Part shown: in pieces, positions 37,331-50,484 of the stretch
Position numbering within the stretch: the first letter of the stretch is position 1
Layout of the letters: each line of letters begins with the position of its first letter
Assembly: GCF_036365525.1 (NCBI RefSeq)
Contig: NC_090404.1
Coordinates: 15,342,550 to 15,406,549 of the forward strand
Direction of reading: 5' to 3'
Origin: Heterodontus francisci
Taxonomy: Eukaryota
Length of the DNA: 64,000 nucleotides
Translations under genes and position numbers: made by a program
Notes under the pieces: model-generated
Database searches by the model: none
The model's input: the letters and a program-made list of their open reading frames with translations, nothing else
What the model was told of the DNA's origin: nothing

Positions 37331-37719
37331 CCCAGAGGCTGAAGGGTCAACAACCAGAGGGCAGAGGTTAAAGGTCATGGGCAAAAGAAAAAAAAAAGAG
37401 GCAAAGTGCCTAAATCATTCAAGGCAGTCAAGCTGCAGGGATCAAGGGGAAAGAAGAGGGGATGTGGGAAGAACCGGACTGCTCTGCGAAAGAGCCGCCA
37501 AAGAAACGATGGGCGGAATGGCCTCCCCTCTCCGTTGCGACATTCTGGGATTTGACAGGGGCTGCGGGGCACCCAGCTGGAGACCTGCCAACAGAGGCCC
37601 CGTTCATGATGTTATTCCCAAACAAATAAGAGTTCACACGCCCAGCAAACATCACAGAATTAAAAACTCAACAGGATGGAAGGAACAGCGTTTCAAACGG
37701 AGCAGTGCAGGCTGCATTA

Positions 37720-40700
37720 GTGTGTTACAGTGAGGGGTGTGGGATATATCAGAGAGTGTTACAGTGAGGGGTGTGGGATATATCAGAATGTGACAGTGAG
37801 GGGTGTGGGATAAATCAGAGAGTGTTACAGTGAGGGGTGTGGGATATATCAGAGAGTGTTACAGTGAGGGGTGTGGGATATATCAGAATGTGACAGTGAG
37901 GGGTGTGGGATAAATCAGAGAGTGTTACAGTGAGGGGTGTGGGATATATCAGAATGTGACAGTGAGGGGTGTGGGATAAATCAGAGAGTGTTACAGTGAG
38001 GGGTGTGGGATATATCAGAGAGTGTTACAGTGAGGGGTGTGGGATATATCAGAATGTGACAGTGAGGGGTGTGGGATAAATCAGAGAGTGTTACAGTGAG
38101 GGGTGTGGGATAAATCAGAGAGTGTTACAGTGAGGGGTGTGGGATATATCAGAGAGTGTTACAGTGAGGGGTGTGGGATATATCAGAATGTGACAGTGAG
38201 GGGTGTGCGATATATCAGAGAGTGTTACAGTGAGGGGTGTGGGATATATCAGAGAGTGTTACAGTGAGGGGTGTGGGATATATCAGAGAGTGTTACAGTG
38301 AGGGGTGTGGGATATATCAGAGAGTGTTACAGTGAGGGGTGTGGGATATATCAGAATGTGACAGTGAGGGGTGTGGGATAAATCAGAGAGTGTTACAGTG
38401 AGGGGTGTGGGATAAATCAGAGAGTGTTACAGTGAGGGGTGTGGGATATATCAGAGAGTGTTACAGTGAGGGGTGTGGGATATATCAGAATGTGACAGTG
38501 AGGGGTGTGGGATAAATCAGAGAGTGTTACAGTGAGGGGTGTGGGATATATCAGAGAGTGTTACAGTGAGGGGTGTGGGATATATCAGAGAGTGTTACAG
38601 TGAGGGGTGTGGGATATATCAGAATGTGACAGTGAGGGGTGTGGGATATATCAGAGAGTGTTACAGTGAGGGGTGTGGGATATATCAGAGAGTGTTACAG
38701 TGAGGGGTGTGGGATATATCAGAGAGTGTTACAGTGAGGGGTGTGGGATATATCAGAGAGTGTTACAGTGAGGGGTGTGGGATATATCAGAATGTGACAG
38801 TGAGGGGTGTGGGATAAATCAGAGAGTGTTACAGTGAGGGGTGTGGGATAAATCAGAGAGTGTTACAGTGAGGGGTGTGGGATATATCAGAGAGTGTTAC
38901 AGTGAGGGGTGTGGGATATATCAGAATGTGACAGTGAGGGGTGTGCGATATATCAGAGAGTGTTACAGTGAGGGGTGTGGGATATATCAGAGAGTGTTAC
39001 AGTGAGGGGTGTGGGATATATCAGAGAGTGTTACAGTGAGGGGTGTGGGATATATCAGAATGTGACAGTGAGGGGTGTGGGATAAATCAGAGAGTGTTAC
39101 AGTGAGGGGTGTGGGATAAATCAGAGAGTGTTACAGTGAGGGGTGTGGGATATATCAGAGAGTGTTACAGTGAGGGGTGTGGGATATATCAGAATGTGAC
39201 AGTGAGGGGTGTGGGATAAATCAGAGAGTGTTACAGTGAGGGGTGTGGGATATATCAGAGAGTGTTACAGTGAGGGGTGTGGGATATATCAGAATGTGAC
39301 AGTGAGGGGTGTGGGATAAATCAGAGAGTGTTACAGTGAGGGGTGTGGGATAAATCAGAGAGTGTTACAGTGAGGGGTGTGGGATATATCAGAGAGTGTT
39401 ACAGTGAGGGGTGTGGGATATATCAGAATGTGACAGTGAGGGGTGTGCGATATATCAGAGAGTGTTACAGTGAGGGGTGTGGGATATATCAGAGAGTGTT
39501 ACAGTGAGGGGTGTGGGATATATCAGAGAGTGTTACAGTGAGGGGTGTGGGATATATCAGAATGTGACAGTGAGGGGTGTGGGATAAATCAGAGAGTGTT
39601 ACAGTGAGGGGTGTGGGATAAATCAGAGAGTGTTACAGTGAGGGGTGTGGGATATATCAGAGAGTGTTACAGTGAGGGGTGTGGGATATATCAGAGAGTG
39701 TTACAGTGAGGGGTGTGGGATATATCAGAGAGTGTTACAGTGAGGGGTGTGGGATATATCAGAATGTGACAGTGAGGGGTGTGGGATAAATCAGAGAGTG
39801 TTACAGTGAGGGGTGTGGGATATATCAGAGAGTGTTACAGTGAGGGGTGTGGGATATATCAGAGAGTGTTACAGTGAGGGGTGTGGGATATATCAGAGAG
39901 TGTTACAGTGAGGGGTGTGGGATATATCAGAGAGTGTTACAGTGAGGGGTGTGGGATATATCAGAATGTGACAGTGAGGGGTGTGGGATAAATCAGAGAG
40001 TGTTACAGTGAGGGGTGTGGGATATATCAGAGAGTGTTACAGTGAGGGGTGTGGGATATATCAGAGAGTGTTACAGTGAGGGGTGTGGGATATATCAGAA
40101 TGTGACAGTGAGGGGTGTGGGATATATCAGAGAGTGTTACAGTGAGGGGTGTGGGATATATCAGAGAGTGTTACAGTGAGGGGTGTGGGATATATCAGAG
40201 AGTGTTACAGTGAGGGGTGTGGGATATATCAGAGAGTGTTACAGTGAGGGGTGTGGGATATATCAGAATGTGACAGTGAGGGGTGTGGGATAAATCAGAG
40301 AGTGTTACAGTGAGGGGTGTGGGATAAATCAGAGAGTGTTACAGTGAGGGGTGTGGGATATATCAGAGAGTGTTACAGTGAGGGGTGTGGGATATATCAG
40401 AATGTGACAGTGAGGGGTGTGCGATATATCAGAGAGTGTTACAGTGAGGGGTGTGGGATATATCAGAGAGTGTTACAGTGAGGGGTGTGGGATATATCAG
40501 AGAGTGTTACAGTGAGGGGTGTGGGATATATCAGAATGTGACAGTGAGGGGTGTGGGATAAATCAGAGAGTGTTACAGTGAGGGGTGTGGGATAAATCAG
40601 AGAGTGTTACAGTGAGGGGTGTGGGATATATCAGAGAGTGTTACAGTGAGGGGTGTGGGATATATCAGAGAGTGTTACAGTGAGGGGTGTGGGATATATC

Positions 40701-43700
40701 AGAGAGTGTTACAGTGAGGGGTGTGGGATATATCAGAATGTGACAGTGAGGGGTGTGGGATAAATCAGAGAGTGTTACAGTGAGGGGTGTGGGATATATC
40801 AGAGAGTGTTACAGTGAGGGGTGTGGGATATATCAGAGAGTGTTACAGTGAGGGGTGTGGGATATATCAGAGAGTGTTACAGTGAGGGGTGTGGGATATA
40901 TCAGAGAGTGTTACAGTGAGGGGTGTGGGATATATCAGAATGTGACAGTGAGGGGTGTGGGATAAATCAGAGAGTGTTACAGTGAGGGGTGTGGGATATA
41001 TCAGAGAGTGTTACAGTGAGGGGTGTGGGATATATCAGAGAGTGTTACAGTGAGGGGTGTGGGATATATCAGAATGTGACAGTGAGGGGTGTGGGATATA
41101 TCAGAGAGTGTTACAGTGAGGGGTGTGGGATATATCAGAGAGTGTTACAGTGAGGGGTGTGGGATATATCAGAGAGTGTTACAGTGAGGGGTGTGGGATA
41201 TATCAGAGAGTGTTACAGTGAGGGGTGTGGGATATATCAGAGAGTGTTACAGTGAGGGGTGTGGGATATATCAGAATGTGACAGTGAGGGGTGTGGGATA
41301 AATCAGAGAGTGTTACAGTGAGGGGTGTGGGATATATCAGAGAGTGTTACAGTGAGGGGTGTGGGATATATCAGAGAGTGTTACAGTGAGGGGTGTGGGA
41401 TATATCAGAGAGTGTTACAGTGAGGGGTGTGGGATATATCAGAGAGTGTTACAGTGAGGGGTGTGGGATATATCAGAGAGTGTTACAGTGAGGGGTGTGG
41501 GATATATCAGAGAGTGTTACAGTGAGGGGTGTGGGATATATCAGAGAGTGTTACAGTGAGGGGTGTGGGATATATCAGAGAGTGTTACAGTGAGGGGTGT
41601 GGGATATATCAGAGAGTGTTACAGTGAGGGGTGTGGGATATATCAGAGTGTGTTACAGTGAGGGGTGTGGGATATATCAGAGAGTGTTACAGTGAGGGGT
41701 GTGGGATATATCAGAGAGTGTTACAGTGAGGGGTGTGGGATATATCAGAGAGTGTTACAGTGAGGGGTGTGGGGTATATCAGAGAGTGATACAGTGAGGG
41801 GTGTGGGGTATATCAGAGAGTGTTACAGTGAGGGGTGTGGGATATATCAGAGTGTGTTACAGTGAGGGGTGTGGGATATATCAGAGAGTGTTACAGTGAG
41901 GGGTGTGGGATATATCAGAGAGTGTTACAGTGAGGGGTGTGGGGTATATCAGAGAGTGTTACAGTGAGGGGTGTGGGATATATCAGAGAGTGTTACAGTG
42001 AGGGGTGTGGGATATATCAGAGAGTGTTACAGTGAGGGGTGTGGGGTATATCAGAGAGTGTTACAGTGAGGGGTGTGGGGTATATCAGAGAGTGTTACAG
42101 TGAGGGGTGTGGGATATATCAGAGTGTGTTACAGTGAGGGGTGTGGGATATATCAGAGAGTGTTACAGTGAGGGGTGTGGGATATATCAGAGAGTGTTAC
42201 AGTGAGGGGTGTGGGGTATATCAGAGAGTGTTACAGTGAGGGGTGTGGGATATATCAGAGAGTGTTACAGTGAGGGGTGTGGGATATATCAGAGAGTGTT
42301 ACAGTGAGGGGTGTGGGGTATATCAGAGAGTGTTACAGTGAGGGGTGTGGGGTATATCAGAGAGTGTTACAGTGAGGGGTGTGGGATATATCAGAGTGTG
42401 TTACAGTGAGGGGTGTGGGATATATCAGAGAGTGTTACAGTGAGGGGTGTGGGATATATCAGAGAGTGTTACAGTGAGGGGTGTGGGGTATATCAGAGAG
42501 TGTTACAGTGAGGGGTGTGGGATATATCAGAGAGTGTTACAGTGAGGGGTGTGGGATATATCAGAGAGTGTTACAGTGAGGGGTGTGGGGTATATCAGAG
42601 AGTGTTACAGTGAGGGGTGTGGGGTATATCAGAGAGTGTTACAGTGAGGGGTGTGGGATATATCAGAGAGTGTTACAGTGAGGGGTGTGGGATATATCAG
42701 AGAGTGTTACAGTGAGGGGTGTGGGGTATATCAGAGAGTGTTACAGTGAGGGGTGTGGGATATATCAGAGAGTGTTACAGTGAGGGGTGTGGGATATATC
42801 AGAGAGTGTTACAGTGAGGGGTGTGGGGTATATCAGAGAGTGTTACAGTGAGGGGTGTGGGGTATATCAGAGAGTGTTACAGTGAGGGGTGTGGGGTATA
42901 TCAGAGAGTGTTACAGTGAGGGGTGTGGGATATATCAGAGAGTGTTACAGTGAGGGATGTGGGGTATATCAGATAGTGTTACAGTGAGGGGTGTGGGATA
43001 TATCAGAATGTGACAGTGAGGGGTGTGGGATATATCAGAGAGTGTTACAGTGAGGGGTGTGGGATATATCAGAGAGTGTTACAGTAAGGGATGTGGGGTA
43101 TATCAGATAGTGTTACAGTGAGGGGTGTGGGATATATCAGAGAGTGTTACAGTGAGGGGTGTGGGGTATATCAGAGAGTGTTACAGTGAGGGGTGTGGGG
43201 TATATCAGAGAGTGTTACAGTGAGGGGTGTGGGATATATCAGAGAGTGTTACAGTGAGGGGTGTGGGGTATATCAGAGAGTGTTACAGTGAGGGGTGTGG
43301 GATATATCAGAGAGTGTTACAGTGAGGGATGTGGGGTATATCAGATAGTGTTACAGTGAGGGGTGTGGGATATATCAGAATGTGACAGTGAGGGGTGTGG
43401 GATATATCAGAGAGTGTTACAGTGAGGGGTGTGGGATATATCAGAGAATGTTACAGTGAGGGGTGTGGGATATATCAGAGAGTGTTACAGTGATGGATGT
43501 GGGATATATCAGAGAGTGTTACAGTGAGGGGTGTGGGATATATCAGAGATTGTTACAGTGAGGGGTGTGGGATATATCAGAGAGTGTCACAGTGAGGGGT
43601 GTGGGATATATCAGAGAATGTTACAGTGAGGGGTGTGGGATATATCAGAGAGTGTTACAGTGAGGGGTGTGGGATATATCAGAGAGTGTCACAGTGAGGG

Positions 43701-46700
43701 GTGTGGGATATATCAGAGAATGTTACAGTGAGGGGTGTGGGATATATCAGAGAGTGTTACAGTGAGGAGTGTGGGATATATCAGAGAGTGTTATAGTGAG
43801 GGGTGTGGGATATATCAGAGAGTGTTACTGTGAGGGGTGTGGGATATATCAGAGAGTGTTACAGTGAGGGGTGTGGGATATATCAGAGAGTGTTACAGTG
43901 AGGGGTGTGGGATATATCAGAGAGTGTTACAGTGAGGGGTGTGGGATATATCAGAGAGTGTTACAGTGATGGATGTGGGATATATCAGAGAGTGTTATAG
44001 TGAGGGGTGTGGGATATATCAGAGAGTGTTACAGTGATGGGTGTGGGATATATCAGAGAGTGTTATAGTGAGGAGTGTGGGATATATCAGAGAGTGTTAC
44101 AGTGATGGATGTGGGATATATCAGAGAGTGTTACAGTGATGGGTGTGGGATAAATCAGAGAGTGTTAAAGTGAGGGGTGTGGGATATATCAGAGAGTGTT
44201 ACAGTGAGGGGTGTGGGATAAATCAGAGAGTGTTACAGTGAGGGGTGTGGGATATATCAGAGAGTGTTACAGTGAGGGGTGTGGGGTATATCAGAGAGTG
44301 TTACAGTGAGGGCTGTGGGGTATATCAGAGAGTGTTACAGTGAGGGCTGTGGGGTATATCAGAGAGTGTCACAGTGAGGGGTGTGGGATATATCAGAGAA
44401 TGTTACAGTGAGGGGTGTGGGATATATCAGAGAGTGTTACAGTGAGGGGTGTGGGATATATCAGAGAGTGTCACAGTGAGGGGTGTGGGATATATCAGAG
44501 AATGTTACAGTGAGGGGTGTGGGATATATCAGAGAGTGTTACAGTGAGGAGTGTGGGATATATCAGAGAGTGTTATAGTGAGGGGTGTGGGATATATCAG
44601 AGAGTGTTACTGTGAGGGGTGTGGGATATATCAGAGAGTGTTACAGTGAGGGGTGTGGGATATATCAGAGAGTGTTACAGTGAGGGGTGTGGGATATATC
44701 AGAGAGTGTTACAGTGAGGGGTGTGGGATATATCAGAGAGTGTTACAGTGATGGATGTGGGATATATCAGAGAGTGTTATAGTGAGGGGTGTGGGATATA
44801 TCAGAGAGTGTTACAGTGATGGGTGTGGGATATATCAGAGAGTGTTATAGTGAGGAGTGTGGGATATATCAGAGAGTGTTACAGTGATGGATGTGGGATA
44901 TATCAGAGAGTGTTACAGTGATGGGTGTGGGATAAATCAGAGAGTGTTAAAGTGAGGGGTGTGGGATATATCAGAGAGTGTTACAGTGAGGGGTGTGGGA
45001 TAAATCAGAGAGTGTTACAGTGAGGGGTGTGGGATATATCAGAGAGTGTTACAGTGAGGGGTGTGGGATATATCAGAGAGTGTTACAGTGAGGGGTGTGG
45101 GATATATCAGAGAGTGTTACAGTGAGGGGTGTGGGATATATCAGAGAGTGTTACAGTGAGGGGTGTGGGATATATCAGAGAGTGTTACAGTGATGGATGT
45201 GGGATATATCAGAGAGTGTTATAGTGAGGGGTGTGGGATATATCAGAGAGTGTTACAGTGATGGGTGTGGGATATATCAGAGAGTGTTATAGTGAGGAGT
45301 GTGGGATATATCAGAGAGTGTTACAGTGATGGATGTGGGATATATCAGAGAGTGTTACAGTGATGGGTGTGGGATAAATCAGAGAGTGTTAAAGTGAGGG
45401 GTGTGGGATATATCAGAGAGTGTTACAGTGAGGGGTGTGGGATAAATCAGAGAGTGTTACAGTGAGGGGTGTGGGATATATCAGAGAGTGTTACAGTGAG
45501 GGGTGTGGGGTATATCAGAGAGTGTTACAGTGAGGGCTGTGGGGTATATCAGAGAGTGTTACAGTGAGGGCTGTGGGGTATATCAGAGAGTGTCACAGTG
45601 AGGGGTGTGGGATATATCAGAGAATGTTACAGTGAGGGGTGTGGGATATATCAGAGAGTGTTACAGTGAGGGGTGTGGGATATATCAGAGAGTGTCACAG
45701 TGAGGGGTGTGGGATATATCAGAGAATGTTACAGTGAGGGGTGTGGGATATATCAGAGAGTGTTACAGTGAGGAGTGTGGGATATATCAGAGAGTGTTAT
45801 AGTGAGGGGTGTGGGATATATCAGAGAGTGTTACTGTGAGGGGTGTGGGATATATCAGAGAGTGTTACAGTGAGGGGTGTGGGATATATCAGAGAGTGTT
45901 ACAGTGAGGGGTGTGGGATATATCAGAGAGTGTTACAGTGAGGGGTGTGGGATATATCAGAGAGTGTTACAGTGATGGATGTGGGATATATCAGAGAGTG
46001 TTATAGTGAGGGGTGTGGGATATATCAGAGAGTGTTACAGTGATGGGTGTGGGATATATCAGAGAGTGTTATAGTGAGGAGTGTGGGATATATCAGAGAG
46101 TGTTACAGTGATGGATGTGGGATATATCAGAGAGTGTTACAGTGATGGGTGTGGGATAAATCAGAGAGTGTTAAAGTGAGGGGTGTGGGATATATCAGAG
46201 AGTGTTACAGTGAGGGGTGTGGGATATATCAGAGAGTGTTACAGTGATGGGTGTGGGATAAATCAGAGAGTGTTAAAGTGAGGGGTGTGGGATATATCAG
46301 AGAGTGTTACAGTGAGGGGTGTGGGATATATCAGAGAGTGTTACAGTGAGGGGTGTGGGATAAATCAGAGAGTGTTATAGTGAGGGGTGTGGGATATATC
46401 AGAGAGTGTCACAGTGAGGGGTGTGGGATATATCAGAGAGTGTTACAGTGATGGGTGTGGGATAAATCAGAGAGTGTTAAAGTGAGGGGTGTGGGATATA
46501 TCAGAGAGTGTTACAGTGAGGGGTGTGGGATATATCAGAGAGTGTTACAGTGAGGGGTGTGGGATAAATCAGAGAGTGTTATAGTGAGGGGTGTGGGATA
46601 TATCAGAGAGTGTCACAGTGAGGGGTGTGGGATATATCAGAGAGTGTTACAGTGATGGGTGTGGGATAAATCAGAGAGTGTTAAAGTGAGGGGTGTGGGA

Positions 46701-49700
46701 TATATCAGAGAGTGTTACAGTGAGGGGTGTGGGATAAATCAGAGAGTGTTATAGTGAGGGGTGTGGGATATATCAGAGAGTGTTATAGTGAGGGGTGTGG
46801 GGTATATCAGAGAGTGTTACAGTGAGGGGTGTGGGATATATCAGAGAGTGTTACAGTGAGGGGTGTGGGATATATCAGAGAGTGTTATAGTGAGGGGTGT
46901 GGGATATATCAGAGAGTGTTACAGTGAGGGGTGTGGGATATATCAGAATGTGACAGTGAGGGGTGTGGGATATATCAGAGAGTGTTACAGTGAGGGGTGT
47001 GGGATATATCAGAATGTGACAGTGAGGGGTGTGGGATATATCAGAGAGTGTTACAGTGAGGGGTGTGGGATATATCAGAGAGTGTTACAGTGAGGGGTGT
47101 GGGATATATCAGAATGTGACAGTGAGGGGTGTGGGATATATCAGAGAGTGTTACAGTGAGGGGTGTGGGATATATCAGAGAGTGTTATAGTGAGGGGTGT
47201 GGGATATATCAGAATGTGACAGTGAGGGGTGTGGGATATATCAGAGAGTGTTACAGTTTTGGGTGTGGGATATATCAGAGAGTGTTACAGTGAGGGGTAT
47301 GGGATATATCAGAGAGTGTTACAGTGAGAGGTGTGGGATTTTTTCAGAGAGTGTTACAGTTTTGGGTGTGGGATATATCAGAGAGTGTTACAGTGAGGGG
47401 TGTGGGATATATCAGAGAGTGTTACAGTGAGGGGTGTGGGATATATCAGAGAGTGTTACAGTGAGGGGTGTGGGATATATCAGAGAGTGTTACAGTGAGG
47501 GGTGTGGGATATATCAGAGAGTGTTACAGTGAGGGGTGTGGGATATATCAGAGAGTGTTACAGTGAGGGGTTTGGGATATATCAGAGAGTTTTACAGTGA
47601 GGGGTGTGGGATATATCAGAGAGTGTTACAGTGATGGGTGTGGGATAAATCAGAGAGTGTTAAAGTGAGGGGTGTGGGATATATCAGAGAGTGTTACAGT
47701 GAGGGGTGTGGGATAAATCAGAGAGTGTTATAGTGAGGGGTGTGGGATATATCAGAGAGTGTTATAGTGAGGGGTGTGGGGTATATCAGAGAGTGTTACA
47801 GTGAGGGGTGTGGGATATATCAGAGAGTGTTACAGTGAGGGGTGTGGGGTATATCAGAGACTGTTACAGTGAGGGGTGTGGGATATATCAGAGAGTGTTA
47901 CAGTGAGGGGTGTGGGGTATATCAGAGACTGTTACAGTGAGGGGTGTGGGATATATCAGAGAGTGTTACAGTGAGGGGTGTGGGATATATCAGAGAGTGT
48001 TACAGTGAGGGGTGTGGGATATATCAGAATGTGACAGTGAGGGGTGTGGGATATATCAGAGAGTGTTACAGTGAGGGGTGTGGGATATATCAGAGAGTGT
48101 TATAGTGAGGGGTGTGGGATATATCAGAATGTGACAGTGAGGGGTGTGGGATATATCAGAGAGTGTTACAGTTTTGGGTGTGGGATATATCAGAGAGTGT
48201 TACAGTGAGGGGTATGGGATATATCAGAGAGTGTTACAGTGAGAGGTGTGGGATTTTTTCAGAGAGTGTTACAGTTTTGGGTGTGGGATATATCAGAGAG
48301 TGTTACAGTGAGGGGTGTGGGATATATCAGAGAGTGTTACAGTGAGGGGTGTGGGATATATCAGAGAGTGTTACAGTGAGGGGTGTGGGATATATCAGAG
48401 AGTGTTACAGTGAGGGGTGTGGGATATATCAGAGAGTGTTACAGTGAGGGGTGTGGGATATATCAGAGAGTGTTACAGTGAGGGGTTTGGGATATATCAG
48501 AGAGTTTTACAGTGAGGGGTGTGGGATATATCAGAGAGTGTTACAGTGATGGGTGTGGGATAAATCAGAGAGTGTTAAAGTGAGGGGTGTGGGATATATC
48601 AGAGAGTGTTACAGTGAGGGGTGTGGGATAAATCAGAGAGTGTTATAGTGAGGGGTGTGGGATATATCAGAGAGTGTTATAGTGAGGGGTGTGGGGTATA
48701 TCAGAGAGTGTTACAGTGAGGGGTGTGGGATATATCAGAGAGTGTTACAGTGAGGGGTGTGGGATATATCAGAGAGTGTTATAGTGAGGGGTGTGGGATA
48801 TATCAGAGAGTGTTACAGTGAGGGGTGTGGGATATATCAGAATGTGACAGTGAGGGGTGTGGGATATATCAGAGAGTGTTACAGTGAGGGGTGTGGGATA
48901 TATCAGAATGTGACAGTGAGGGGTGTGGGATATATCAGAGAGTGTTACAGTGAGGGGTGTGGGATATATCAGAGAGTGTTACAGTGAGGGGTGTGGGATA
49001 TATCAGAGAGTGTTACAGTGAGGGGTGTGGGATATATCAGAGAGTGTTACAGTGAGGGGTGTGGGATATATCAGAGAGTGTTACAGTTTTGGGTGTGGGA
49101 TATATCAGAGAGTGTTACAGTGAGGGGTATGGGATATATCAGAGAGTGTTACAGTGAGGGGTGTGGGATATATCAGAGAGTGTTACAGTGAGAGGTGTGG
49201 GATTTTTTCAGAGAGTGTTACAGTTTTGGGTGTGGGATATATCAGAGAGTGTTACAGTTTTGGGTGTGGGATATATCAGAGAGTGTTACAGTGAGGGGTA
49301 TGGGATATATCAGAGAGTGTTACAGTGAGGGGTGTGGGATATATCAGAGAGTGTTCCAGTGAGGGGTGTGGGATATATCAGAGAGTGTTACTGTGAGGGG
49401 TGTGGGATATATCAGAGAGTGTTACAGTGAGGGGTGTGGGATATATCAGAGAGTGTTACAGTGAGGGGTGTGGGATATATCAGAGAGTGTTACAGTGAGG
49501 GGTGTGGGATATATCAGAGAGTGTTACAGTGAGGGGTGTGGGATATATCAGAGAGTGTTACAGTGAGGGGTTTGGGATATATCAGAGAGTTTTACAGTGA
49601 GGGGTGTGGGATATATCAGAGAGTGTTATAGTGAGGGGTTTGGGATATATCAGAGAGTGTTACAGTGAGGGGTGTGGGATATATCAGAGAGTGTTACATT

Positions 49701-50452
49701 GAGGGGTGTGGGATATATCAGAGAGTGTTACAGTGAGGGGTGTGGGATATATCAGAGAGTGTTACAGTGAGGGGTGTGGGGTCTCTCAGAGAGTGTTACA
49801 GTGAGGGGTGTGGGGTATATCAGAGACTGTTACAGTGAGGGGTGTGGGGTATATCAGAGACTGTTACAGTGAGGGGTGTGGGATATATCATAGAGTGTTA
49901 CAGTGAGGGGTGTGGGATATATCAGAGAGTGTTACAGTGAGGGGTGTGGGGTATATCAGAGAGTGTTACATTGAGGGGTGTGGGGTATATCAGAGAGTGT
50001 TACAGTGAGGGGTGTGGGGTATATCAGAGACTGTTACAGTGAGGGGTGTGGGGTATATCAGAGAGTGTTACAGTGAGGGGTGTGGGGTATATCAGAGACT
50101 GTTACAGTGAGGGGTGTGGGATATATCAGAGAGTGTTACAGTGAGGGGTGTGGGGTATATCAGAGACTGTTACAGTGAGGGGTGTGGGATATATCAGAGA
50201 GTGTTACAGTGAGGGGTGTGGGATATATCAGAGAGTGTTACAGTGAGGGGTGTGGGATATATCAGAGAGTGTTACAGTGAGGGGTGTGGAGTATATCAGA
50301 GAGTGTTCCAGTGAGGGGTGTGGGGTATATCAGAGACTGTTACAGTGAGGGGTGTGGGATATATCAGAGAGTGTTACAGTGAGGGGTGTGGGATATATCA
50401 GAGAGTGTTACAGTGAGGGGTGTGGGATATATCAGAGAGTGTTACAGTGAGG
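37720..50452. repeat. 34-bp satellite (AGAGAGTGTTACAGTGAGGGGTGTGGGATATATC), about 12.7 kb and roughly 375 copies, with a 32-bp variant
   Basis: Uninterrupted tandem array whose variants are organised in zones and higher-order blocks. Confidence 0.99.
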
Positions 50453-50484
50453 CAGTTGCTCACATTAACCACGGGGTGACTCTC

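Noticed and set aside
37720-50452. Hundreds of RSS-like ACAGTG heptamers in the 34-bp satellite
   Set aside because: Most read TACAGTG or GACAGTG and lack the essential CAC; the few CACAGTG variants have no nonamer at 12 or 23 bp.
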